Positions 29,447 to 39,278 of a DNA stretch of 64,000 bases are shown piece by piece. Origin of the DNA: a virus. The notes beneath the pieces were generated by a model. It made no database searches. It was given only the letters and a program-made list of their open reading frames with translations, and had not been told where the DNA came from. The translations under genes and the position numbers were made by a program. The stretch covers positions 96,001 to 160,000 of the IMG/VR virus record IMGVR_UViG_3300010885_055964; one strand, written 5' to 3'. The first letter of the stretch is position 1. Each line of letters starts with the position of its first letter.

Positions 29447-29832
29447 CAGCCACATATTATGGTTTTAATCCTCCATTTTTGGGCGGCCCTCAAAACATTA
29501 TGTCTAGGCAAGAAGATGATAGATTAATAAAGAATGATATATTACAATTATTGTTAACTGTGCCGGGTGAAAGGGTAATGAGGCCTGATTACGGTGTGAA
29601 TTTAAGGAATTTTGTATTTGAGCAATTGGTCGATCGTGATTTGAGTCAATTGAGACAAGAGATAATCAGAGGCATAACAGAATTCGAACCACGAGTAGAC
29701 GTGGAAGAAGTAGTTCTTAAACGGCAAGATGATTCGAATAAGTTAACTATAAGATTGATAGTGACTTTAAAAAAAGATCCACGCAGACAATTGACCATAG
29801 AACAATTTATTAATTTATCAACACAGGCTTAA
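29443..29832 (+). CDS. gp25: Baseplate wedge subunit (GPW/gp25 family)
   Basis: IKNDI..LL.T.PGERVMRPDYG..L...VFE and EPRV motifs. Confidence 0.92.
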   Translation: MTATYYGFNPPFLGGPQNIMSRQEDDRLIKNDILQLLLTVPGERVMRPDYGVNLRNFVFEQLVDRDLSQLRQEIIRGITEFEPRVDVEEVVLKRQDDSNKLTIRLIVTLKKDPRRQLTIEQFINLSTQA

Positions 29833-29843
29833 GGTTATTAAAA

Positions 29844-31433
29844 ATGGGCGACATACAGAAGACATTATTTGATCTGCCAAACGAGCCAGAGCAGTTTGGT
29901 GTTATATTAACCCCAGCTAAATTGAGAAGGATTGACTTTAGTGGGTTGGATTTCACAACAGCTAGAAGGGCGATAATAGAGTATATCAAGACATACTATC
30001 CAGATCAATTTAATGATTATGTAGCAAGTAACGGTATTATGATGATCACCGAGATTATAGCTTCGGTAGTCTCTAAGTTATCGTTACGAGCAGATATATT
30101 AGCCAATGAGGCCACACTACCGACCGCTAAAACCGAGCGGGCTATCATCAATCATTTAGCGTTGATTAACCAACGAATAAAGAGACAAACGCCAGCAATA
30201 GTAGACATAGAAATAACCGTAGATGTCCCAATAACGACAGATATTGAGATCTCACCAGGCATAGTGTTTGCTGCGAATGGTCCAGATAACCAACCTATAT
30301 ATTATGAGGCATTTAAAGCTCCAGGCGATTTTACTAGCAAGATAGTGATACCAGCAGGCAAGAGAGGTGTGATAATTTGGGGTGTGCAGGGGCAGTTCGC
30401 TGGTCCTGTTAGGGTCATTAGTCCAGGCGGGGGCAATCAAACATTTGAAGTCACTGACAAACAAATATTGGATGATCCTATAAGCGTATATGTAACATAT
30501 GGGTCAGACAAAGTAGAGTGGACTGTCGTTAAAGAACCGATTGAAAGATATGGACCTAATGATAAAGTAGTCGAAGTTAACTTCTTTGATGATAACGCCA
30601 TATTTAGATTCGGTGATGATATTACTGGTGCTGCCCCTAAATCAGGGTCACTACTCGAGTTTGTGTATAGGACAGGAGGGGGGATTAGAGGCCGTATAGG
30701 CGTCAATACGATCGACACACAAAGACAAATTACGCCACTCCCGCCAGCTAATTCTGCCGTTTCCGTTCGTTTCCGTAACATTACAGCATCGAGTGGCGGC
30801 ACAGACCGGGAGACAGTAGAACAAGCCAAGAAAAGGGCACCAAGAGACTTTTCTGTGCAAGGGAGCATAGTCACTGCAGGAGACTATGCTACGGCTGCGT
30901 CCAACTTCGCCCATCCTGTCTACGGGTCTATATCTAAATCAGTAGCTGCTTTGAGAACAGGAAAGAATGCTAATTTAGTGGAACTATACGTTCTAGCAGC
31001 AGGACCAGATGGTATTCCTACGGCTCCTAATGCTGGATTGAAGGCTGGTTTAGAAACATATATCAGTGATTTAAATGTCTTCACTGATCATGTGAATGTT
31101 TTAGATGCTAACATTTTGCCTGTGAATATAGAGATGAATATTATTATCGATCGTAACTCTGATGCATCTGTTATTAAACAGAAGGTCGAATCAGCTATTG
31201 ACAAGTTCTTCAATATCAATAATTGGGAACTAGGCCAGGGATTATATGTGTCCAACTTTATTGAGGCACTCGAGGCCGTAGATGGTGTTTCTTATGTGGA
31301 TCTATTTAAGCCATCAGACAATATCGTACCTGCTAACACCACGTTCAATGATAGCAAATTGACTACAATACGATTCAACCAATTAATAGTCGAAGGCGAG
31401 AGAATAACTAATTATTATTATTCCAAGAATTGA
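29844..31433 (+). CDS. gp6: Baseplate wedge subunit (gp6/baseplate J-like)
   Basis: LDF...R..I..Y...YP..FNDY..S, FGD...G..P, GG.D.ET.E..K.RAP and VT..DY motifs. Confidence 0.9.
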   Translation: MGDIQKTLFDLPNEPEQFGVILTPAKLRRIDFSGLDFTTARRAIIEYIKTYYPDQFNDYVASNGIMMITEIIASVVSKLSLRADILANEATLPTAKTERAIINHLALINQRIKRQTPAIVDIEITVDVPITTDIEISPGIVFAANGPDNQPIYYEAFKAPGDFTSKIVIPAGKRGVIIWGVQGQFAGPVRVISPGGGNQTFEVTDKQILDDPISVYVTYGSDKVEWTVVKEPIERYGPNDKVVEVNFFDDNAIFRFGDDITGAAPKSGSLLEFVYRTGGGIRGRIGVNTIDTQRQITPLPPANSAVSVRFRNITASSGGTDRETVEQAKKRAPRDFSVQGSIVTAGDYATAASNFAHPVYGSISKSVAALRTGKNANLVELYVLAAGPDGIPTAPNAGLKAGLETYISDLNVFTDHVNVLDANILPVNIEMNIIIDRNSDASVIKQKVESAIDKFFNINNWELGQGLYVSNFIEALEAVDGVSYVDLFKPSDNIVPANTTFNDSKLTTIRFNQLIVEGERITNYYYSKN

Positions 31434-31898
31434 TTACGGCCAATACTCGCCTCCTTGGTCAATGCGGACTATATCAGATAGAGTGCATTGTTCTTGAGTG
31501 CCTGTCCAGTATATTTCGACTAATTGACCAGTAGATATTACAAAAAATCTGTGTAGCATATTAGGTGGCACAACAAAATATTGTCCTGGTCGTATATAAT
31601 GTACATGGTCTGGTGTCGGGATCGTGGAATGTATTATGTTTTTATCCATAAACATATTTAATAGGCTGGTACCTTTCTTATCATCCCATATTTCGATCCC
31701 TATTGTAGCGGTAGTGCAGATAAACGCGTTGTATCTATGCCTGTGTAAATGTATCGAACTTTGCCATCCACGATTGACCTCCAATATGCTTTCATTGATT
31801 ATTTTATCATCGAATCTATGCCATACTCTGCCCCAGCATTTATGTTCCCATGTGGCAATACCTAACCAAGATAAGATTATACCTGTTAAATATTTCAT
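31434..31898 (-). CDS. Cupin-domain protein (start uncertain)
   Basis: K.WG, SS.H.H...N.F and G...VVPP...HRF metal-binding cupin motifs. Confidence 0.7.
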   Translation of the reverse strand: MKYLTGIILSWLGIATWEHKCWGRVWHRFDDKIINESILEVNRGWQSSIHLHRHRYNAFICTTATIGIEIWDDKKGTSLLNMFMDKNIIHSTIPTPDHVHYIRPGQYFVVPPNMLHRFFVISTGQLVEIYWTGTQEQCTLSDIVRIDQGGEYWP

Positions 31899-31969
31899 AA
31901 ATGTGATACCTGTATTTCAAAACGAACTGGTGCTTAGAGATATTTACCCGCATATCAAGAAGCCGACTA

Positions 31970-32386
31970 ATGGTACAAACAGTAGATGGAGCGAGTGACC
32001 AAGTGGAATTTAAAGATAAGGTAATTACAGTATATTCTATTTGTTATGATGGCAATCCAGATCAGATTTATACGTTCGTTAACTTTGATAAGGCAGTGGC
32101 TTCAATAGAGGGGTCTTTCAGGGATTATTACGGTAGCAGTGATGATGTAGCTATATTCGATTCATTTTGTGATGAGGTAAAAGAAAAGATATATCAATTA
32201 AAAAGTTCACCTTGTATACCTTTGAAATTCGACAATCTACAAGTGATATTATATAGTTGGGAATTAGATCACACTAATCAGATACATCAAGTATTGTCTA
32301 AGAGCTACGATCAGGCCACTAAGACAGGAGACGCTAAGCTCGCATCGGATATAGGAAAATTATTTTCTCAATCGGTTAGAAACTAA
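31970..32386 (+). CDS. Hypothetical protein
   Basis: 138-aa ORF; no recognised motif. Confidence 0.55.
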   Translation: MVQTVDGASDQVEFKDKVITVYSICYDGNPDQIYTFVNFDKAVASIEGSFRDYYGSSDDVAIFDSFCDEVKEKIYQLKSSPCIPLKFDNLQVILYSWELDHTNQIHQVLSKSYDQATKTGDAKLASDIGKLFSQSVRN

Positions 32387-32682
32387 TCATCTCCTTTGTC
32401 TATATCTAAGTCGGATAGGATATCTTTCTTTATCTGACGTAATACCTGAGCCATCAATGAAGCTGCTTCGACTATATGCGGAGCATTATAGAATACCAAG
32501 GGCTCATCAAAATCAGGGTGTTTAGCTATGGCAATAGCACATTGTAATTGCATCTTTTCACATTGTTCGCCAAATCCATTCATTAATTGATTGAATATCT
32601 GTTCAAAGATCTCTTGGCGACCAGGCTCTGGATGATCATTAGCAGCTGGCTGGTTATCGTTCTGGCGGTCAGCGGATTGCAT
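32383..32682 (-). CDS. Hypothetical protein
   Basis: 99-aa ORF, convergent with the previous gene (4-nt overlap); GGGAG SD on the minus strand. Confidence 0.55.
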   Translation of the reverse strand: MQSADRQNDNQPAANDHPEPGRQEIFEQIFNQLMNGFGEQCEKMQLQCAIAIAKHPDFDEPLVFYNAPHIVEAASLMAQVLRQIKKDILSDLDIDKGDD

Positions 32683-32719
32683 TCTGTGCTCCCGTTTAAG
32701 AATGTGTATTAGTTAACGT

Positions 32720-33379
32720 ATGAATACGTTAGAAAAAGATCAAGAAAAAGTGATGATTGTGTGGAATTGGTGTTCTGATGCTTATTTACAGCATGGTATA
32801 AGACTTAAATTACCAGCTAATACTGACCCTACTACTACATATCAATGGAGGTACGCTAGGGCTATAACTAACAAGTTCACTGAGTGGGGTTTTGATGATG
32901 CGACAGCTATCCAATTCATTAAAATCGCAGTTAAGCATTGCAAAGATGCAGGTGTTCTAAAGAAGGGCTTAGCATCTTTGCATCAATCTAATTTATTAAG
33001 CGTGTGCTATAATCGGTTAAAGACGAGGTCTGAGTCAAATTTACTGTCTGTCGAGTCAATCGCCCACATACATTCATGGCTGATGAAGAAATCAGGACAC
33101 GACCTGCTTTCTAGCTTGTTGCATAGGGATGATCCTGACGAATATTGTAATTTAGTCAAATGGTATAAAGCATCACGCATTTCTCGATTGTATTTAGCCT
33201 TATCTAAAACGTGTGGTAAAGCATTAGTTCGTTTAGGTCGCGTCAATCCGGAAGAGCGATCGATAATACCACCTGCTACTTCATTATACATGCTCAGAAC
33301 AGAATTCATTGAAGAAGCTAACAATTTAAAATGTGTTAAACAGATTTTGGGCAACGATTGGAGAGAACCGTGTCAGTAA
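32720..33379 (+). CDS. Hypothetical protein
   Basis: 219-aa ORF overlapping the start of nrdJ. Confidence 0.6.
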   Translation: MNTLEKDQEKVMIVWNWCSDAYLQHGIRLKLPANTDPTTTYQWRYARAITNKFTEWGFDDATAIQFIKIAVKHCKDAGVLKKGLASLHQSNLLSVCYNRLKTRSESNLLSVESIAHIHSWLMKKSGHDLLSSLLHRDDPDEYCNLVKWYKASRISRLYLALSKTCGKALVRLGRVNPEERSIIPPATSLYMLRTEFIEEANNLKCVKQILGNDWREPCQ

Positions 33380-36300
33380 ACATTAAGAATGGACCATCGA
33401 TGAAATCAACTAACGATGTCTCTGAAGAGTATTTTGGCCATATTTATACCAATAATGACTCCCCATTTAAATTAGACACTGATTTCATAGCAATATACGC
33501 TAACCAAAAGCCGAATTTTGGTTTTAATGGCCTTGGGGAATTCGTCTATTATCGAACATACTCGAGACTGCTAGCAGACGATATTAAAGAGCGATTCATA
33601 GATACTTTGATTAGAGTTGTAGAAGGATGTTATGAGATACAGCGTAGACATTGTAAAAAGATGCATATACCTTGGGATTATGATAAGGCCCAAAAGTCTG
33701 CCCAAGAGATGTTCGTAAGAATGTGGAATTTCAAGTTTCTGCCTCCTGGGCGTGGGCTTTGGATGATGGGAACAGACTTTATGTGGAAGCGAGGCAGTGG
33801 TGCATTAAATAACTGTGGATTCGTTTCTACTGACGATGCTATAGAGTCAGATCCTGCTGAGCCATTTTGCTTTTTAATGGATATGTCCATGTTGGGAGTA
33901 GGTGTAGGATTTGATACTAAAGGTGCAGGCAAGATAACTATCAAAAAGCCATGTCAATCAACTACTTATATCCATCAGATTCAAGATAGTCGTGAAGGGT
34001 GGGTCGAATCAGTAAGGTTTTTGATATGGTCATATACAAAATATTCGGAAAATGGTGTAGTTGAGTTCGATTATAGTCTGATCAGAGGCCCTGGAAGTGA
34101 TATTAAAGGCTTTGGCGGCAAAGCCAGTGGCCCAGCTATCCTACAAGAATTGCATGATTTAATTAGAGGACATTTGGCCAAACGCGTCGGTACCACGTTG
34201 TCTAGCGTGGATATAACCGATTTGATGAATTATATCGGAAGGTGTGTTGTAGCTGGTAATGTGCGGCGGACGGCTGAGATAGCATTTGGTGAGCCAGATG
34301 ATACGTCTTACTGCTCGATGAAAAATCCTCTTGCCACATTAGAAGAATCTGATGTTGGCAAGTTCTATGAAATAACAGGAAATCTATATTCTCTAAATCG
34401 TAGTACAGCGGAATTAAACGATTTTGCAGATAATGATGGCGGTTATGTGATACCAATTGACAGATTATTACCTGCTATAGAGACTTGGAATGCACTTAAT
34501 CATCATCGGTGGTCTTCTAATAACTCGATATTTGCCTATGTTGGCATGAACTACGACTTCATTGGTAAGCAAATAGCTGCTAATGGAGAGCCTGGATTGA
34601 TGTGGTTAAATAATATGCGTGATTATGGTAGATTAATCGATGGTAGGCAACCAGGGATAGACGGACGTGTTAAAGGAGGGAACCCCTGTTTTACTGGTGA
34701 TATGAGATTGTTAACAGAGCAGGGTTATGTTAAGTTATATGATTTGTGGTTGTCAGGTGGTTCACATGAATACTACGGTACTGACGATGCTATAGCTAAG
34801 TATGGATCACAAAAGATAGTTAATAATCGCGGTGTGGTCATGGCATCCAATGTTTATCGTACTGGTACTGCAGTTCGCACCTATAGAGTGCGATTTAGTG
34901 ATAACTCTTATATTAATGCTACAGCTGGTCATACTATGATAAGATTGAATAGAAAAGCTAGTAAGAATGCTGGTAAAACCAAGTACGAGGAGCAACGCGT
35001 TGCTCTTAAAGATTTAAATATAGGTGATATGATACCTCTTAATAATAGTGTGAGCTTTGGATCATTCCATAATCCTACTTATGCTGAATTAGCAGGATGG
35101 TGCATAGGCGACGGATCATTGTCCAAAATCGTCTTCCATTCCATTCCAATTAAAGCAGATGGGCAGATAAAAACTGAATGCACTTGTTATGAGTCTGATA
35201 TACACGAGGCTAGACCAAGAATAGTTGGTCTATTGCAGGAGTTATATCTTGCTTATAATCTCTCATCTAGTCAGCAGCCATCTTATGCAGGATGGAATAC
35301 AAAGCAAGATCAAGATCATTTTGAGCAATGCATGCAAGGATCCAAAGTCTTAGGGAGGCTACTGAGGAGTGACGACGTAGTTACTGGCGACAAGCATAAA
35401 GTACCAGTGTCAGTCTGGGGAGGCACTAAGGCCACAGTAGCGGCATTTATACGTGGTTTCGCTTCTACTTATGGAAGTGTTCAAACCAGCAATACTAAGC
35501 ATTCTATATCTGTTAGAATTAAACAATCGAATGAGAAAATGCTTCAAGATTGTCGTTTGTTATTAAACCAATTCGGAATCGCTTCTACCGTGCATAAAAG
35601 ACACGGAGCTATGAAACAATTGCTTAATGACGGCAAGGGAGACAAAAAACTGTATAACAGGAAACCTGGTTATGAACTAATAATATCAGGTACTAAACAG
35701 GTGGATAAATTTATACATGATATAGGTTTCATACAGCCATCTAAGTCTGCAAAGGCTATAGAATGGCTTACGCGACATAGAGGGTCGAATAACTCTAATA
35801 CTGGCCAATATGTGAAGGTGGTATCCGTAGAATATATTGGTGAGCATGATACATATTGTCTAACAGAACCAGGCGATAATAGAGTAGTGATAGAAGGATT
35901 ACAAGTAGGACAATGCTTGGAACAATCGTTGGAATCATACGAGTTATGTAATTTGGTAGAGACATTCCCTGCGAATCATGAAGATGCAGATGATTACATG
36001 CGGACACTCAAATTCGCGTATCTATATGCCAAGACGGTGACTTTGCTACCAACACATAACCCGCGTACTAATCAAGTAACTCTACGAAATAGGCGCATAG
36101 GTCTTTCACAGAGCGGTATAGTGCAAGCTTTCGCTAAATTCGGTCGCAGAGCCATTTTAAACGACTTCTGTGATGCAGGATATAATGAAATTCGTAGGTG
36201 GGATCAAGTCTATTCTGAATGGTTGTGCATTCAGAACTCGATCAAGGTCACATCAGTCAAGCCTAGCGGAACGGTATCTTTAGTGGCTGGAGCAACTCCG

Positions 36301-36801
36301 GGCATACATTACCCAGAAGCTAGTACATACTGGCGTAGAGCTAGGTTAGCTAAGGATAGTCCGCTAGTAAAAATTCTGTCCGATGCGGGATTCCACATAG
36401 AGCCTGATGTTAAGGATCAGGAACGTACTGTGGTAGTTAAATTCGGCGTGAGCGACGAAAGGGTCAAGCCGGTTGATCAAGTATCTATGTGGGAACAGAT
36501 GGCTAATGTTGTAGATTATCAAAGGTACTGGGCAGATAACCAAGTATCATGCACCATCAAATTCAAACCAGGTGAGGCTGGGGAGATCCCACGTATTCTT
36601 GAAACATATGAAGACCAGCTTAAAGGCATAAGTTTTTTGCCTTTAAGTAATCATGGTTATGCTCAAGCTCCTTATGAACCATGTTCGCCGGAAGAAGTAG
36701 AAAAATATAATGCGAGATTAGGCAGCACAGATTATTCGACATTTACCGGTCATGATGCTGAAGGCGCTAAGTTTTGCGATTCGGATAAATGTACCATATG
36801 A
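33370..36801 (+). CDS. nrdJ: Class II (B12-dependent) ribonucleoside-triphosphate reductase, intein-containing
   Basis: FLPPGRGLW, ALNNCGF, VVAGNVRRTAEI, SNNS, NGEPG, NP|C.EQSL.SYELCNL, TSVKPSGT, DNQVS and terminal CDSDKC motifs. Start uncertain (GTG 33370 or ATG 33400). Confidence 0.93.
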   Translation: MSVNIKNGPSMKSTNDVSEEYFGHIYTNNDSPFKLDTDFIAIYANQKPNFGFNGLGEFVYYRTYSRLLADDIKERFIDTLIRVVEGCYEIQRRHCKKMHIPWDYDKAQKSAQEMFVRMWNFKFLPPGRGLWMMGTDFMWKRGSGALNNCGFVSTDDAIESDPAEPFCFLMDMSMLGVGVGFDTKGAGKITIKKPCQSTTYIHQIQDSREGWVESVRFLIWSYTKYSENGVVEFDYSLIRGPGSDIKGFGGKASGPAILQELHDLIRGHLAKRVGTTLSSVDITDLMNYIGRCVVAGNVRRTAEIAFGEPDDTSYCSMKNPLATLEESDVGKFYEITGNLYSLNRSTAELNDFADNDGGYVIPIDRLLPAIETWNALNHHRWSSNNSIFAYVGMNYDFIGKQIAANGEPGLMWLNNMRDYGRLIDGRQPGIDGRVKGGNPCFTGDMRLLTEQGYVKLYDLWLSGGSHEYYGTDDAIAKYGSQKIVNNRGVVMASNVYRTGTAVRTYRVRFSDNSYINATAGHTMIRLNRKASKNAGKTKYEEQRVALKDLNIGDMIPLNNSVSFGSFHNPTYAELAGWCIGDGSLSKIVFHSIPIKADGQIKTECTCYESDIHEARPRIVGLLQELYLAYNLSSSQQPSYAGWNTKQDQDHFEQCMQGSKVLGRLLRSDDVVTGDKHKVPVSVWGGTKATVAAFIRGFASTYGSVQTSNTKHSISVRIKQSNEKMLQDCRLLLNQFGIASTVHKRHGAMKQLLNDGKGDKKLYNRKPGYELIISGTKQVDKFIHDIGFIQPSKSAKAIEWLTRHRGSNNSNTGQYVKVVSVEYIGEHDTYCLTEPGDNRVVIEGLQVGQCLEQSLESYELCNLVETFPANHEDADDYMRTLKFAYLYAKTVTLLPTHNPRTNQVTLRNRRIGLSQSGIVQAFAKFGRRAILNDFCDAGYNEIRRWDQVYSEWLCIQNSIKVTSVKPSGTVSLVAGATPGIHYPEASTYWRRARLAKDSPLVKILSDAGFHIEPDVKDQERTVVVKFGVSDERVKPVDQVSMWEQMANVVDYQRYWADNQVSCTIKFKPGEAGEIPRILETYEDQLKGISFLPLSNHGYAQAPYEPCSPEEVEKYNARLGSTDYSTFTGHDAEGAKFCDSDKCTI
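34687..35913 (+). mobile_element. Intein in NrdJ (409 aa, LAGLIDADG-type, C-terminal Gln)
   Basis: Splice junctions GGNP|CFTGD...YCLTEP...VGQ|CLEQ; internal LAGWCIGDG and FIRGFASTYG motifs. Confidence 0.92.
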
Positions 36802-36817
36802 CAGCGGGGCAACTATC

Positions 36818-37633
36818 GTGTTATGCCAAAGTAGGGGTCGTGCTAAATGGGAACCCGCTGAAATACGTTCTCTGAAGTTATTAGTACAGGGTGTACGAAG
36901 TATATCTATTCCAGGTAGATCTAAGCAAGCGATACAACGAAAAATCAAAGCTTTAGGATTAAAGAAAGATAGACGGTATGAACTATGGACAGATCAAGAA
37001 ATCGCCTCGCTAAGATCAGGGGTATGCATAATAGGCAGATCTAAGGCATCTGCCCTAAACAAAAAACGTAAGTTAGGTCTATATAAAAGAGCACCCAGAT
37101 TCAGATGGTCTAAGCATAACATTGAAATATTGAGACAGGCACATGCTGCTGGCAATAGTGCAAAAGCTATTCACCATAAACAAATACTGCCAATACAATA
37201 TTCTATTAGTTCGATACAGAAGAAATTATGCAGGTTGGGTTTAGCTCGTAATTTACCAAAATATAAGAAATTTAACTCGGTCACTAAGGATATATTCGTT
37301 AAATTTATTACAGATAATTGGGTCGGCCGTTTGCCAGACGAATTGGCTCAAATGTGGAATCGATGCAATGCATCATACCCTGTTACTGCTAGAAGAGTGA
37401 TTATGTATCTAACTAAATTAGGAGTAAAGGTAGCATGTTATGAGATGGGACGTATCAGGAAGTTAAGACAATATGAAAATCAGATAAGAACTAGTGGAGA
37501 ATATAATCCTACAGATGTTAACGATAAAATAAGATGGAATAGGGCTGAGTTAATGGCTTGCAGATTAGCTAATAACCAAGATATATGGAGTGGTTTACAA
37601 ATGGCTTCTTCTATTAATATAGAAGAGGACTAG
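36818..37633 (+). CDS. Basic DNA-binding protein with tandem Myb/SANT-like HTH repeats (start uncertain)
   Basis: Repeated W(E/T/S)..E...L...GRS..(A/S)I..K...LGL units. Confidence 0.55.
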   Translation: MLCQSRGRAKWEPAEIRSLKLLVQGVRSISIPGRSKQAIQRKIKALGLKKDRRYELWTDQEIASLRSGVCIIGRSKASALNKKRKLGLYKRAPRFRWSKHNIEILRQAHAAGNSAKAIHHKQILPIQYSISSIQKKLCRLGLARNLPKYKKFNSVTKDIFVKFITDNWVGRLPDELAQMWNRCNASYPVTARRVIMYLTKLGVKVACYEMGRIRKLRQYENQIRTSGEYNPTDVNDKIRWNRAELMACRLANNQDIWSGLQMASSINIEED

Positions 37634-37679
37634 TAACTATTGAACTTGGCAAAATCGGGCGATTCCGTATTCGATTGAT

Positions 37680-39278
37680 ATGAGAGCCATAATACGTGAC
37701 AATAAATGGATTTGGTTTGATAATATAACTGATGCCGAAGAGGAGGTATTATGGGCTCAGTTCAGTGTGACTAAGCCTGGACTGTATATTGACCCTTCAC
37801 AAATGGGTAATTGGGATGGAATATATAGGAAATATAATAGAGCAAAAAGGAGGATGGCCAGGCCTCTTTTGAGCATGCTTCGTGGGGTATGTGACAAATT
37901 TAATATACCTCTAGTAATAAAAGATGAAAGACCTAAATGGCCTCACTATAAGTTAGACCCAGAAAAAATCGATGAAGATTTATTGCCCGGCATCAAACTA
38001 GACCCACATCAAATAAGGTCAATACAAGCTGCGTGTAGGATAGAATGTGGTATTATAGATATTCCTACTGGTGGCGGCAAGGGTGAGATCATCGCAGGGA
38101 TATGTAAAGCTATAACATGTCCTACTGTGGTAATAGCTGACCAACGTATCGTTGTTGAGCAGTTAAAAAGCAGGTTGGAATTACGAGATGTGATTGACGA
38201 GGTGGGATTATTTTATGCAGGAGTAAAACCAGATGGTGAGCAGATAGTAGTCGGAACGATCCAATCGCTGTCTATGTCTTCTAAGCCCCCAAAAATGCCA
38301 GAACGTACTGCAAAGGACCATGATAAGACGTATGCTAAAAAGTTAGAAAGATGGGAGTCATCATATAAGGGGTATAAGACTAGAAAGCGAAATTGTAAGT
38401 TATTGCAGCAATATGTAAAAGATGCAGAGATGTTATTAGTAGATGAATGTGATAAAGCCACTTCTGATCCATTCAAGAATATGTTTAGATATTTATTTAA
38501 TGGAAGGCGAAGGTATGGATTTAGTGGTACACCATTTGATGAATCAAAACCTGTAGAAGGAATGGTGATGCAGGAGCATTTAGGCTCCATCATCGCAAAA
38601 GAGTCTAGGCAAGAACTACAAAGAATAGGAAGAATAATACCTTTTGACTACCATATGATAGCATTCGGTTTAGAAGGAGAGCTAAACAACCGAGCAGCGT
38701 ATGATATAGCATATAAACAATGGCTTGTAGATAACGAGAAATTCCATCAGTTAATATACTCTATATGTAAAAAATATAGTAAAGAAAAAGAAGACGGGAC
38801 ATTAATTTTAGTCGACAGGGAGAGCTTAGGTTCGCATATTGAAAACATATTAATTGAGAATGGGATCACTGCCCACTTCATATATGGAAAGACTGATAAA
38901 CGTCGCCGAAATGAAAGGTTGCGGGGATTCGAAAATAGGGAATTTAACGTACTTATAGGGGGTAAAATAATCAACCGAGGTTTGGATCTCAAAGGCGGAT
39001 GTGAGAATCTGATAGTTGCTACTGGCGGAAAATTAAGATCGGACTTCGTGCAAAAGGTCGGTAGAGCTGTCAGGCACAACAGACGTGGGCGAAGCAGAGT
39101 TTTTGACTTTTTCTTCAGGTGCAACAAATACTTGTATGACCATTCGCGATCAAGGCTCAAGGCCATGATAGCTGAGGGTTATACAACCACCGTTCATTTT
39201 CCAGGCGGGGGCATTGATGGTGAGCGACTCGTCAAAAGCAGGTTCAGAGTCCCTAGAGGAATTATGTACAGGACCTGA
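37680..39278 (+). CDS. uvsW: SF2 DNA helicase (UvsW-like)
   Basis: PTGGGKG (Walker A), VDECD (Walker B), GFSGTP, RGLD and Q.VGR.VR motifs. Confidence 0.88.
   Translation: MRAIIRDNKWIWFDNITDAEEEVLWAQFSVTKPGLYIDPSQMGNWDGIYRKYNRAKRRMARPLLSMLRGVCDKFNIPLVIKDERPKWPHYKLDPEKIDEDLLPGIKLDPHQIRSIQAACRIECGIIDIPTGGGKGEIIAGICKAITCPTVVIADQRIVVEQLKSRLELRDVIDEVGLFYAGVKPDGEQIVVGTIQSLSMSSKPPKMPERTAKDHDKTYAKKLERWESSYKGYKTRKRNCKLLQQYVKDAEMLLVDECDKATSDPFKNMFRYLFNGRRRYGFSGTPFDESKPVEGMVMQEHLGSIIAKESRQELQRIGRIIPFDYHMIAFGLEGELNNRAAYDIAYKQWLVDNEKFHQLIYSICKKYSKEKEDGTLILVDRESLGSHIENILIENGITAHFIYGKTDKRRRNERLRGFENREFNVLIGGKIINRGLDLKGGCENLIVATGGKLRSDFVQKVGRAVRHNRRGRSRVFDFFFRCNKYLYDHSRSRLKAMIAEGYTTTVHFPGGGIDGERLVKSRFRVPRGIMYRT

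Noticed and set aside
9410-31433. Bacterial extracellular contractile injection system or tailocin
   Set aside because: Portal, terminase, protease, capsid, primase and RNR genes show that this is a complete phage.
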